In this document: positions 13,098 through 26,502 of the stretch, one piece after another | Layout: each line of letters begins with the position of its first letter | How positions within the stretch are numbered: position 1 is the stretch's first letter | Assembly (NCBI GenBank): GCA_012295275.1 | Contig: CM022669.1 | Span: forward strand, 11,222,001 to 11,286,000 | Direction of reading: 5' to 3' | DNA from: Chrysomallon squamiferum | Taxonomy: Eukaryota > Animalia > Mollusca | Length of the DNA: 64,000 nucleotides | The notes under the pieces: generated by a model | What the model was told of the DNA's origin: nothing | Database searches by the model: none | The model's input: only the letters and a program-made list of their open reading frames with translations | Translations under genes and position numbers: made by a program

Positions 13098-15527
13098 GGG
13101 GAAATTTCTCACAATCAAGCAGAATGAAGCTGTGAACAGAACAAGATTTTAAACAAATACTACAAATGAAACGTTGTGACTGAAAAAAAAAAATATTTAA
13201 TAACAACACTGACATCCTGAGGAGTAATCTGAATTGCATTCAATGAAGAAACATGCAGCTTCTCTTTAGAAACAAACAAAAAAAAAAGAAGAAGAAAGAT
13301 TCTTCCAATACAAATCTGTCAGCATGCCAGAGTGTACAGCCAAAGATTAAGTGTCAAATATGAAGCTGTCAATTGTCTTCAATGGCCCACGATGCTGGTG
13401 AAGATCTCTTGCATCCTCTTCACAGAATATTGATGTGGAATTAGTGATGATGCTGTCAAGAGATAAACATTTCTGCTTACCTAACAAGACATCATCCCAA
13501 TATGATAAATCTCTGTCAACAGTAAGCCTGCATCCTAGCAGTTTTTAACCATCTTTTATGATGTAATGATGCCAAGATTCCAACCCACACAAAGTTAATT
13601 AGGAAAATTATGTACCAACTGCTGTGTTCATCAATTTGTTAGTAATATTGGGAAAGTCAATATTTTTTTTTATTTTAGAGATATAGTTTTATTGCTCTAA
13701 AATTTGAAACTTTTATTTTCATGTGTTATTTTTTTCAAGTTTCAATGATCATAGATTAATTATATCATTATCATCAAATCGTTTTTTATCTATGGTTTAT
13801 TTAATATGGCCACATTAACATATATTTTATATTCCCTTTCTGTGTGAAACAAGTTAATAATGGTGTACTTATTCACCTTTAAGATATATAAAGTTATTAA
13901 TAAACATACCCATTGACCTAGTCATAAACAAACAAAGATAAGAATAATGATTTTTATGCATTTTTTATTTTTTTTACTTACTAATTTATTTTATTTTATT
14001 TTTATTTTTTCATGGTGGATGTTTTTGTTCAGAAATCTCTTAATTTCATTGTTTTGTATATAAAAAAAAAAATTAAATTAAACTGAATATATTTAAATAT
14101 AATTTAAAAAATAATAAAAACTACATCAAGCCACCATTTCTTTCTCCATCATTTCTCCCAAGATGAGGAGATTTGCTTCAGTTCTTGGTTGTGGGGAACA
14201 AATTATCCCCTGCCCTCTGTCCCATAATTTCACAGCTCTGTTCAATCCTGAGACAGAAGCAGATCAGTACTGGTTCTGAGTGGATTAATCTAGATTTGCT
14301 CCACTGTTCAAATCTCCAGGGATGTGCTGAACAACCAAGGCAAAAATAGTAAGAATGCTAAGTTAATTGATACATCATACAGAGCTTTGTTCATTTGGTC
14401 TAATTGGAGTCTCAACTGGTGACTTAAAATCTCTTAGCCACGTTCTGAGAATTATGCAAGAATCCCTGAAGTTATGTGGCATATTCAACTTGTAACCAAC
14501 TGTGTGGTATTTACAAAAATAGCTAATTAAAAGCTTTATTAAAATGCAGTAGTACATGATTTTTAACTACACAGAAAGATAATGATTTTTCTACAACATA
14601 GAAAGAATAATATTTGAAAATAAATTCTTATTTAAAAACTATATTTGCTAACTTTGTTAAAATAAAAATACAGATAGAGTAAACTTAATCTGATTTTCAG
14701 TACAGGAATTAATTATTAAATATTTCTCAATGTAATAACATTACTTCTATTGTACAGAAGGAAACAAAATCAGTTTTTATAATATCAAAATATGATCAAC
14801 AGCTTGAATACACATATATATGTTTAGCATATTTGTAATGTCTGTCTCTGTTTATAATCTATATGTAATTTATGTCCAGACACATATATCCTGGGCTTAC
14901 AATTATGCCCAACAAATTAAATATGAATAACATTTTAAGTTGCTGAGCAGTGTTTTGTTGATGGTAGTTTGTTTAGTTTTATTATTTTGTATGTGTGTAC
15001 ATGTGTGTCTGTGTGTGTGTTGTTTTTTAATATTATTATTTATTTGTTATGTATTTATTTTAATTTTTCCATTTTAAAAAAGTTTTAGTTTATTTTTTTT
15101 TATTTTTTTGAGTTCCTTTTAGTAAGTTAATACTGAAGATCAGATACATTTTTAATTTGCTTTTGATAATGAATTTTGGTGGGGGGGTATTTCTCTTTCT
15201 CTCAATATTTTTTTTTTTTTTTTAAATTTTTTATTATCTTTGTCGCAATGCATTGTGCATCTAATCTAGATTTAGAAGCAAGCTGATCCCATCAAAGGTT
15301 TCAAATCTGATACTGCCTCAAGGTGGCTTAACCAGATTAGTTCTTAATTCTTTCACAAAAGATTTTTTTCTCTCTCACTGTAATAAAAATCTTGAGGAAT
15401 GAGGAGTGGAAAGAGTGAGGAAGAATTTCTAACCATGATAAAGATCAACCATTTGTAATAATTTTAATAACGTAAATTTCTTTAACATAATTATGTTGCT
15501 TTATAGTTCAATATACTGTTTCTACTG

Positions 15528-15933
15528 ATAACAACAGTAAAGAAGAGACCAATTAGTCCAAAACAGAAGACAGCAATTAAATATCAATTCTAGTCTAAAG
15601 GTTAAATCTATTCCTATACTAACATAAAGGTTAAAACTATTCCTATACTAACATAAAGTTTAAAACTATTTCTATACTAACATAAAGTTTAAAACTATTC
15701 CTATACTAACATAAAGGTTAAAACTATTCCTATACTAACATAAAGGTTAAAACTATTCCTATACTAACATAAAGTTTAAAACTATTTCTATACTAACATA
15801 AAGGTTAAAACTATTCCTATACTAACATAAAGTTTAAAACTATTTCTATTCTACCATGAAGGTTAAAACTGTTTCTATACTAATATAAAGGTTAAAACTA
15901 CTTCTATACCAATATAAATGTTAAAATTATTCC
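15528..15933 (+). repeat. Left arm of inverted repeat: ~70-bp unique segment plus ~11 copies of 29-bp unit CTATACTAACATAAAGGTTAAAACTATTC
   Basis: Direct; reverse-complement homolog at 22008-22237. Confidence 0.9.
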
Positions 15934-16599
15934 TGCTGACAATAGTCTGCTATGTATTTAAGTGGAATTATTTAAAAATGTAAATGATTAGTTTCATAGT
16001 CATTGGCAGCGTTAACTTAAAAGCAAGTGGTTTGTTGTAATAATGAGATTTAATGTACCTACTTCTTAGAGTGTCGTAAAAAGGACAAAGTAAAATGAAA
16101 ATTATATCTGGCTACATCCACATTACAAAGAGAACAGATTCTACAATTTCTGTAGTATATTATAGTAAGGCAGTAAACTGTTCTGTATTACACAACATAG
16201 TGAAGTCTGCTTCCCCTTCTCTTTTCATAAGACACAATGAATTGCTATCACAGCCATTTCTACATCAATTAAAAATGTATTGATTTTTTTTTTATGCTTA
16301 GATTCACGTGGTTAGGTTAATGATCATGCTCAGCAGACAAAACAATGGTTGTTTGTTTAGTTTATATAATAAACACAGGAAGTCTAACAATGAATGCTTG
16401 TCTCAAAGAGAACAATCAAACAGCGCCAGCTCTACTGGAAAGTATCATTTTATTTCACAAGTTAAGAAAAGAGAGAAAAATGTTTTCTGTGTAATAAGTA
16501 GGCTTATCGTATTTTCAGTCTACTTTTATGTCATATATTGCATTATATGCCATACAGGTAATAGAAGAATATGTAGTATCATAGATGAACAACCACATG

Positions 16600-16820
16600 A
16601 GTAGTGAGAAAAGAAACCTGATGTCATCATGCATAAGAACACGCATTTTGATTATCTTTTTTACATACGTTTCCATGGACAGTGGAGCACATACCATTGC
16701 ATTTGAAAAAATAGTTGTGAATCACCAGCTGGAATTGGAAACAGCTAAATAGAAGCATTGAGGAGAATTGATCTTGCAACCTAACAGGTCTCATAAAGAT
16801 GTTTTAACCATTAAGCAACA
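16600..16820 (-). mobile_element. Decayed SINE copy, same family, with core and tRNA-like head
   Basis: TCTTTTTTACATACGTTTCCATGGACAG..AGCACATACCA...CAGCTGGAATTGGAAA...GAGAATTGATCTTGCAACC...TTAACCATTAAGC is the reverse complement of head plus core. Confidence 0.6.
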
Positions 16821-17175
16821 GGTTTTAAAAAAAATGTTAAAATTATTTTGAAAAATGTGTTTTTAAAGTCACCTTGTAGCCAGTTAGACTCGGAGAAATA
16901 TGATCTATTCATGGGTGTCTATACAGAAATCTCTGGGGTAACAGAAGACTGGATTATTACTACAGTCTCTGTCATATCTTAGATGATGGAGCAGTCAGCA
17001 AATAACCATTGAATTTTTAAAAAAATTAAAAATCCTTTGAAAAATGTGTTTTGAAATTCACCTTACAGCCAGTAACACAGAGATATCTGATCTCTTGTAA
17101 GAAAAAAACTGACTTACTGCTGTCATCTGACAAGCCTCAGATGATGGCCTATCTTGGAACAGTCAGCAAATAACT
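16805..17175. repeat. Diverged tandem duplication, 2 units of ~170-200 bp
   Basis: TTTGAAAAATGTGTTTT..AA.TCACCTT..AGCCAGT and AGATGATGG...CAGTCAGCAAATAAC each occur twice in the same order. Confidence 0.8.
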
Positions 17176-18128
17176 AACTCTAGTCTGAAAATGTAACTGA
17201 TTTCAGTCATAGTAAAGGTCATCTGAAATAATTCCCCAAGTATACATTTCTGTTGACTAAAAGTCTCTGAAATACTTCTTCTTATGTTTGCTTAGTTCTT
17301 TACATTCTCTTGTTACCCTCTGTCTTAAATCTGATGTCTGAGTTTGTGGGTCAGCTTGTCCTGCAAGACTCCTTTTGAAATCTACAGCTTGAATTATAAA
17401 CACTGTACTTCACACAAAGTAACTTAATAACTAGCCTAACCAGCCTGACCATGCCATCACTTGCATTTTAACATGGAAACTGAAGTTGTCGTTAGCATTT
17501 TGATGTGAAAATTACTGTCATCATTAGCATTTTAATGCAGAAATTTCAGTGTTCAAAAGGTTATGGTGATCCAGGATTTTGAATTTATTTTTTTTTAACA
17601 GAAAAACAAAAGAAAGAAACAAGATGAAAAAAGGGTGAGAGAAAAAAAAAATCTATTATCTATACATTGTTGCTTTTTGATGCACAGCTGTACAAGTAAT
17701 GCCTGTCATAACACACAGTCTAGCCATGGCTAAGATTTATCTTCTAAATCTAATTTGCTACAGTCGTAAATGAAAATTATGTTTTTCACTCGCAAACTGT
17801 CTATAGACATTTGTGATATCTTGTAACCACATGCTGATGAAATGAATGTCAGTGCTTGCAATTCTGTTCATAATTTAATGGACTTGAATATTGACCGAAT
17901 TTCTTTATATTCCTGTATACCGACATCTTGCAAGTCTTCGAGCAAAATCAAATTTTGTTAGCTTTTGCCTCAGCCAGATTGAGAAAACGTGAAATAAAAA
18001 ATTGAAGAACAAAAGCAAGGCATAATTTATTAGATTAATAAATAAAATTAAAATAAATATATATGTATATATATAATTAAGAGATCTAGTTACATTCACA
18101 AGATTTTGTTTTATAATTCAGTAACAAA

Positions 18129-18398
18129 TTTATTTTTAACTAGATAAATCTAAATGTTCAAGATGCTTTAAAAGACATTTTATATTAATGATTGTTTGGT
18201 ATCAAAGGACCGTTTATCTAAAAGATATATTAGAATTCAGTTAAAGTTAATTGTTTGTGTTTGCATTCTGATTTATATATGTAGTGCTTGGCAATTTATT
18301 TTTAACCAGATTATATTTAAATGTTTAAGATGCTTTAAAACACATTTTATATTAATGGTTATTAGGCATCAAAGGACTTTTTTCTAAAAGATATATTA
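18129..18398. repeat. Direct duplication of ~103 bp (18129-18231 and 18296-18398)
   Basis: TAAATGTT.AAGATGCTTTAAAA.ACATTTTATATTAATG...ATCAAAGGAC...CTAAAAGATATATTA occurs twice. Confidence 0.85.
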
Positions 18399-18734
18399 CT
18401 CAAATCTATTTTTGCTATTCCTGTGTTAATGTTTTTCTTTTTTTTTATGCATGAGAAAACAGAGTTGTATTGTTAATGGTAATGCTTTTGACTTAAAGTC
18501 AAGCTCTTTGACTGGAATTGGAGAAATGACATTATGATGTAAGTTGATGTATTTTGTATATTTTAATTATGTTTTAATTCATTTAGCCTTGAATATAGAC
18601 ATATTAATGACACACAGGACACATTTGTATTCTATGACTGAAGACTATATATTCTGCTGCTATTAAATAAGCAGATTTTTATTGCCTTTTGTTTTTTTGT
18701 TTTTTTGGAATGCATTTTCTCTCAGACTACACAA

Positions 18735-18795
18735 CCTATGAAAGGATTGATCTTGCAAACCTTCACTCCTTAGATCACCACTCTAACCAATGGAT
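18735..18795 (-). mobile_element. SINE tRNA-head fragment
   Basis: GAAAGGATTGATCTTGCAAACC...ACTCTAACCA resembles the head of the 16.7-kb copy and the reverse complement of the head at 640-690. Confidence 0.45.
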
Positions 18796-19401
18796 ACATA
18801 AAAATATTATCTTAGTGGTTCTGTTTTACAAATGAAACACAGAACACACAAATGATCTAAAAAGCAAAAATAAATGCATTACCTATGCATAATATCAACA
18901 AAATATTTTTTTAGGATAAAATGTATATGGTATTCAAATGTAAGTTCTAATAAAATTTATTTTGCAGACATCAATTCTGTGAAACATAGGCTATCCCTTC
19001 TCTCCCCCACAAAATTAAACAAATAAAATTAATTATTTATAATACATTTGGTGATTACCCTTACATCCATTCATTACTTTTTTAACAGACACAGTTAGGT
19101 GATCACTGATATCCCTTCAAGTCACAGACATAATTTAGAAATAAATAAATAAATAATAATCCATTTCCTGAAGCATTAACTTCAAGATTGTGCATGTATT
19201 CTGTGGCCATATGCGTAACAGGTTTTATAATGGTTCTTGGTATTACTCTTGCCAGATATCTCATTTAGAAATGTAATTTAAAAATAATTTAAAAAAAATA
19301 TTCAGCCTTTGGGAATTTATCATGTTTGTCCGCTAAAACCATAGAAATATTTTTAATTTTTTTTTTTATACAAAACTGATTTACTGTTTCTGTTGTTTGT
19401 T

Positions 19402-19487
19402 TATTATTATTATTATTATTATTATTATGTAATTTTTTTTTATTATCATTATTATTTGTTGGTTTTTTTCTTCTTCTTCTTCTTCTT

Positions 19488-19518
<31 letters not shown>

Positions 19519-19532
19519 TTATTATTATTATT
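19402..19532. repeat. Compound (TAT)n/(TTC)n microsatellite
   Basis: Direct. Confidence 0.9.
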
Positions 19533-19589
19533 ACTTAAATTTTATTTTCTTGTTTTTATTTTTTCTGCTGACCAAAAGAAACATTATGA

Positions 19590-19750
19590 AGGATTAAATT
19601 TGAGGATTTCTTTTTTTGAATATTTTTCCTTTCCCCTCAGATGTCTCCAACCAGTTTATCATAGGTTGTGTTTTCGTGTCTGTGGGAAGGTTATATAAAG
19701 AATCTCACTTTGCTGCTAATTAGCAAGAGTAGCACATTGACTGGCAACAG
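19590..19750 (+). mobile_element. Decayed SINE copy, same family
   Basis: TGTCTGTGGGAAGGTTATATAAAGAATCTCACTTTGCTGCTAATTAGCAAGAGTAGCACAT is one of the best-preserved cores in the window. Confidence 0.7.
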
Positions 19751-22007
19751 TGTATGTCATCAATATAAAAAATATCTGATATATAATAAAATTTATATAA
19801 AAAACATCATCAATATTCTTTTCATTCTATTATTATGATTATGATTATTATTTTTATTTTTACAGTCATGTTATCAATAAGTTTATTATAATCAGTTCAT
19901 TACTGTTATTATTATCATTAATTATTATTCCTACTACTATTAGACCACTATTAATACATGTATTAATTATCAGTATTATTATTGTTATTATTATTATTAT
20001 TATTATTTTTATTACTACTACTATTATTATTGCTATTATTATTGTCATTATTATCATTGTCATTATTATCATTATTATCTTCATCATTATTGATTATATT
20101 ACAAAACAAAAACTGTGTCAACCCGATTAGGTAAAAACCACACAGCAAAGTATTTTAAAGCAATTTTGCTGCATTAAATGGCAATGCAAACAACATGGAC
20201 ATTCTATCCAGATATGAACACCACTGATACATTATGTTGTTATAGAAACATTATCTCAGTTTTATTTTCCAAACAGACACACAATGTTTAATTTAAAAGA
20301 CCTCAGAGATACACAGAACCAATCGGAATTATAATCTGTATGAATTATAAACAAAAATGACTTCACGGATGTAAATAATAAATTAAATAAAAGAAAATAG
20401 AGGGACATGGGATGCTGGGCAATGCATTATTAACACGGCTGGAAACGGATTAACTCATTGGGGATATATATATATATATATATATATTTATTTTAATGTA
20501 CATAGTTACAGACGTGTTTCAAAAATATTTCAAAATATGAAACTTAACAACCATATTAATACAGTGTTCCTTAGAGGATACGAAATAAATAAATTTTTAC
20601 ACCTTTTAACTGAAAATAAAACAAAACAATAATTTGTATTAAATGAAAAAGTCCACATTAAAAAAGAAAAGAAAAGAAAGAATAGTATTGCCAAACGGCA
20701 ATGGTAAGATAGTATAACAGTATTTCCTTGAATGTAAATTCCCAAGTCTGATTGCTCTTACAATTCAGTGATAGAATTTTCTATTTTATGAAGATGCTTC
20801 AAGTATTATTATAAGCAATACTCATAGATAAATCGAATTATTTTATTTAAAGAGTACCTTTGGTTATATGAAGAAATGAAGTCAATATACTCTGCTTAAT
20901 TCCAAATTATATTTTTTTAGTATTTCGCTATCCAATCTTTATTAATAATGAAGTATAACAATAAAGGGTACAATTTAAAAAAATAACTGGATGTCTCCAT
21001 TTTTTTTTCTTCTGTACTCATGATATCACTGAAAATGCAGTAGAGTTTGGTCTAAAGAGTCTTCTTGCATTGTCAGAATAAAATAGAGCTTTTAGACCAC
21101 CAATTACTTGATGGTGCCATGGTGTCAGTTGCAAAGAGCTCAAATGTCAGCTTTCAAATGTTTTATAACAGTATTATTATTTTATTGTCACAGTTTGTTG
21201 TTAATGATGATGGGTCACTCAAGGCAAATAAAATAATACATTGCAAATATAAAATAATTTAGAAAAACAACCCCCAGAAATCCACTCATTCATGCTACTA
21301 GAGGTCCCACATTAAATATGATTCTGACTTCCGAGACATCTAGGAGATGAAAGGATCTCAGACCAAGTGACAATATCAAATTTCAGGATATTTCCCAAAA
21401 GTTAATGAAGTTCTCATTCCGTTACATTCCAGACACCATATAAATGACTTACGTTCATATTTACTTAGAACAGAGTACCAAAAACACATTCACATTTCTA
21501 CAGCTGACATCAAATTATTCATGATGATGATGGCGATGATGTCTCCGTTTAGTTTTTCATAATTACACCCTCTTCATAACTGACGGCACACTGATATTGC
21601 TTCTTCAAATATTTATAGCTTTCCTTTTCCTCTGGAATTATTGTTGGTGTTAAATATCGAATATCACAGAATAATTTCCTGTTACAAAAGGACCAGATCA
21701 TATTTTCCTTGTTCTCCAAAAACAAGTGGTTATTTTAACTCAAATTATGGAAATAGATGAGAATATTTGACACCTTCAGGAATGCATTATGAGTATAGTC
21801 TGAGAGAGAGAGCAGAATAAACCAATATACAGCAATGTTATATACCACTGGTTCCATGATGGTGGAGATAATGATTCAAACCGACATTATCATTAATAGA
21901 TGTAATGCAGCTGACAGGAAACTATGGTAATATTTTATACCATGTGACAGTTGCATGTAACAATAGCTTTGAACTGTTGTTTAAATGTACACGTGTGTGT
22001 CTGTGTG

Positions 22008-22237
22008 AACAGTTTTAACCTTTATATTGGTATAGGAATAGATTTTAACATTTATATTGGTATAGAATAGTTTTAACCTTTATGTTATTATAGGAATAGT
22101 TTTGACCTTTATATTGGCATAGGAATAGTTTTGACCTTTATATTGGCATAGGAACAGTTTTAAGCTTTATGCTAGAATATATATTTTTATGCTGTCTTCT
22201 GATATGTCCTAATTGGTCTCATCTTTACTGTTGTTAT
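22008..22237 (-). repeat. Right arm of inverted repeat: ~5-6 copies of the 29-bp unit plus the unique outer segment
   Basis: Reverse complement reads ATAACAACAGTAAAGATGAGACCAATTAGGAC..ATCAGAAGACAGCA..., matching 15528 onward, then 29-bp units. Confidence 0.9.
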
Positions 22238-22329
22238 TCTGAATAAGTATGTGTGTGTATTTGTGTGTGAATGTGTGTGCATTTGTAAATATTTGTTTAG
22301 TATTTTATTGTAATTACAATTACCTACAT

Positions 22330-22935
22330 ATACACACATAACTGTATGTTACAAATGAACTATAATTATGTGTTACTGTGCAGTTACAGTTTTTCCTTAT
22401 AAATACAAAGTAAAGCAAAATTATAAATTATATAGGTGCACAGTTATAACTATAAGGTAACATTTATAAATTATACAGTAATTATGTTGTGACAATTGTA
22501 ATCATTTACTAATACAGTCATATTATAGTAAGCCAATTATAACTATAAAATTATAACTAGTAACATAGATATATATCAACAGTATTAGTAATAAGATAAT
22601 TATACAGGAAATGATATAATTTTATAATGACGCAGAATTATAACTTTACTGTAACCATATAATTATAACTGTTATAACACACACTTACAAACTGTAACAG
22701 TTATTAGTTGTAAACACACTGTTGTAAGTTGTAATGCACAGTTATAAGATGTAACACAGCTGTAAGTTGTAACAGATATAACTCTTGTAACAGTTATAAC
22801 TTTTGTAACACAGCTATAAGTTGTAACACACAGATGTAAGTTGTAACATACAATTTGTAAGTTGCAACACACAGTTATAAATTGCAACACACAGATATAA
22901 AACTACAGTAACAGAGTTATAAATCTATAACATAT
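22330..22935. repeat. Degenerate short-period minisatellite (GTTGTAACACACAG / GTTATAAC motifs)
   Basis: Recurrent motifs, most regular at 22670-22920. Confidence 0.7.
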
Positions 22936-23469
22936 CTCAGAGCTTAGCTTTTGCCCAAATTAACTTAAATGGTAATGCTGTTTATGAAGACAGAGCTGGG
23001 AGTCTCAAGTTTTGAGTTCAACATAAATGAATAGGGTGAGATCAATAACAAAGTTTGCCAGCTTAATGGTTTGTGAAATATCTTCAATATCGATCTGATT
23101 CACTCATTCAGAATGACATCTCAACAGAAGGAAACAGTCAACTGCAGGCCTGACTATGCAAAAAATATGTATGTATTTCACACTGGTGAACTGTTAAAAC
23201 TAACTGTAATAGAAACGTATAGAGACAAGGTCTTTTCATTGCTTCACGTTTGAAGTTTGTTTTATAAAACATTTAGTTTTGCTTTCCTTTGCTTTTGTAT
23301 ACAAGAAAGAATTAACAATGATGGAAGTACATAAAGAGGTGGGGTTTTTTTACCCATAGGTTTGTATTAGATGTTTAGTTGTAGATATCATTAATGTTAT
23401 GTAACAATTACAAATTTAAAATAAAGTGGGTTTTCAAAATATTTTTTGTTATTGTTTTATGGAAGGGAA

Positions 23470-23516
<47 letters not shown>

Positions 23517-24444
23517 GGGAGGGGATATAACTGAGTACAAGTAAACATTAACAATGATATAAAATTCAGAAATCTTTTTATTAGTTTATATTTGAAATTT
23601 AATCATAGATCTGAGAAAGTTATGTTTATGGAACAGAAATAATATTTGTTTGACTGTGTATATGTGTGTCAGCATAATTACTGTAGCAGTAAAATATATC
23701 TATTGATTTAAATTTGTAACACACAACACACACACATTTAACGATTAAAATCCTTGATGTCATAATCCTTGTACATAATTCTACAGAAATAAAAACCCAC
23801 TAGCAAAGAAATATACTAAAATCTTCACACAAATTAATGATTTAAGCTTAGACCATGATATCATGAAACTTAATATACCACAGAACAAAATTTAAACAAT
23901 GTTTTTTTTTTTTTTTTTTTTTTATCCTTTCTGTGTATGTGTGTGACAATTTTGAATTTTTGGTCTAATGGTTTGATGAATGTGTTTATTGATCTGACTG
24001 GAGGGTCTGTATGTTTTACACAAACCGATTCTCTCCTGTTATTAATGGTTCCCGTGCGTCTAATTTTTGTTGCTGTTTTCTCAGCTAATTCTGGCCAAAC
24101 GGAGAGACTGTCATTTCTGCAGTGATTGATTTTGATGAGTTCTGTGCATGACTGGTGAAGAACAAAAGAATTAATACAGCAGGATAATGTTTAACACAGA
24201 TTTACAATTGATATTGAATGGGTGGTGTTTTTTTTTTTTCTCTGTGTGTAGTTATCAGTGGTAACTACTTTCTGCATGGTTACATAAGTTACATTAATGG
24301 TAATATGATACTGTAATATATGAAGTGTATCTTCTTTTATTTTTGTTTTATTTAAAAAGTAATATTTTGTAAATGATATTTTTGTCTATTAAATAGTTTT
24401 AACAAATATAAATGGAAAAACTAATTTTGATGATGATGATGATG

Positions 24445-24476
<32 letters not shown>

Positions 24477-26107
24477 TGTAGTGGTAGTGGTAGCAGTTGA
24501 AGTAGTAGTAGTAATAACAACAATAAAAATGATTATTATTATTGCTATATTAATAGTGGTTGTAATATTTATTATTATTGTTGTTGTTTTGTTACTTTGT
24601 TGTTGTTGTTGTTATTATTTTTATTATTATTATTATTTTTTTTTTATCAGTTTGAACTGTAACAGAACACAAGTAAATCAGAAAAAAAAAAAAAAAACAT
24701 TATCATCATATTAATCATTGTTTATTTTTATTATTCCTTTGTTTCTTTTTAATCAATATTTTTAATTTTATTGGGTATTAGTTTGTTTCATGCAATATGG
24801 TAAATATTTCATGACTTCAACACTTGGAGATATTGTTTTTAATTAGAGTAGGACATATTTTTTTTTTATCCTTATTCTTTGTTTGTTTGTTGTCGTTGTT
24901 ATTGTTGTTTTTTATTGTTGTTTTTTTCTTCCTAGGAGTTGAGTTATATGATTTACAATAATAATAATAATAATAAAATTTATAATATTTTTTATTTCCT
25001 CAAAGAAACATATTTAATACTAATCTTATTGCCTTTCATGAGTTTGAACACAAATTTCTGTCAAAGTTATTTTTTTTATTTAAAGATATATTACATTAAT
25101 GCATTCTTAGATTTACTGAATTTTTTATTTGCACTCAGTGTTGATGTTGCCACAGATCTTTATGATGAGAATTCAAAAATAGCAAAGTTCAAACCTGCAC
25201 AGATATGATTGATCAGAAACCAAATTTGTTTGTGTTTTTTCAGTTTTCATATTCACTTAAAAAGAATATGTTCAATAAATACAAAATAATACAAAACAGA
25301 ATATATGTATATATTTCTTAAAAGAATTTGAAAAATGTAAAGAAAACTAAAATAGAAATGTTCAATATGTGTAAAATATACAGATATGGCTATTAATAAA
25401 TAAGAAATTTAGTTGGTATGTCTAATCAATTTTCAATTTTTAATTTTATGGAAATGAATATCCTTACATCTCAACAAACAAAAACAAAGTTTTTAAAAAG
25501 AACTGAAAATACCAAAAAATATTTTAAAAAATTAAAAATATTCCACAGAAAAGAACAAAAAAAAAAAAAAATCCCCAAGAAAGAAATGGGGGAAAAAAAA
25601 TCCCCAAACTATAAAAATAACAAAAGAAATAAAAAGAATCAGTTACACTTCACATTTAGAAGTATTAGGCAATTGAAAAAAAAAAAAAAAATGATGAAAT
25701 GAAAAGAAAATCCTGGCTGGAATTGACTAGCTGCTATTTAATCTTGCTTGATGGTTTCAGACAAACGTGTCTGAAAGAAACAAAATGTGCAGTGTACTAG
25801 TGACTACTTTACATATAAACAATCGACTGGGTTCACTGATCTAACTGCGTAATACAATTACCTTCGCCATTAGTCACAGTAAGACACTTGATTTTTACTG
25901 CCTCTGTTCTTCTTAAGACATGTAACCAAATTGTTGTTAATCAATTTTATGGAGCTAAGGGCTTTATGACAAGAAGGACAATACTGTAAAACACCAGCAA
26001 TAAAGTGTAGTAGGGTTTAGAAAAAAGACTAATTGAGCAAGACTAGTTCAGTGGGCTTGTAATCTGGGTAAGGTGTGGAAAAGAACGGCAAAGAAAGAAC
26101 AAAGTGT

Positions 26108-26502
26108 GTTAATTGTTTTGTATTAGCATTCAAATAAGAATAAAGGACTTCTGTTTTGTAGTAGCATTCAAAACAGCACAGTAAAATAAGAATAAAGAAC
26201 TGTTCACTGTTTTGTATTAGCATTCAAATCAGAACAGTTAAATAAGAATAAAGAACTGTTCACTGTTTTGTATTAGCATTCAAATCAGAACAGTTAAATA
26301 AGAATAAAGAACTGTTAATTGTTTTGTATCAGCATTCAAAACAGCACAGCAAAATAAGAATAAAGAACTGTTAATTGTTTTGTATTAGCATTCAAAACAG
26401 AACAGTAAAATTAGAATAAAGAACTGTAACTGTTTTGTATTAGCATTCAAAATAGAACAGTAAAATTAGAAAAAAAGAACTGTAACTGTTTTGTATTAGC
26501 AT
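26108..26502. repeat. 56-bp minisatellite, ~7 copies
   Basis: CATTCA recurs at 26165, 26221 and 26277; unit TGTTTTGTATTAGCATTCAAATCAGAACAGTTAAATAAGAATAAAGAACTGTTCAC. Confidence 0.92.

Noticed and set aside
13481-13527. 47-nt minus-strand micro-exon with donor TAG|GTAAGC that could bridge phase 1 to phase 0
   Set aside because: The acceptor is poor and the required frame ends in TAG.
16246-16267. TATCACAGCCATTT resembles the 5' end of miR-2/miR-13 family miRNAs
   Set aside because: The 3' part diverges and no complementary arm for a pre-miRNA hairpin is visible on either side.
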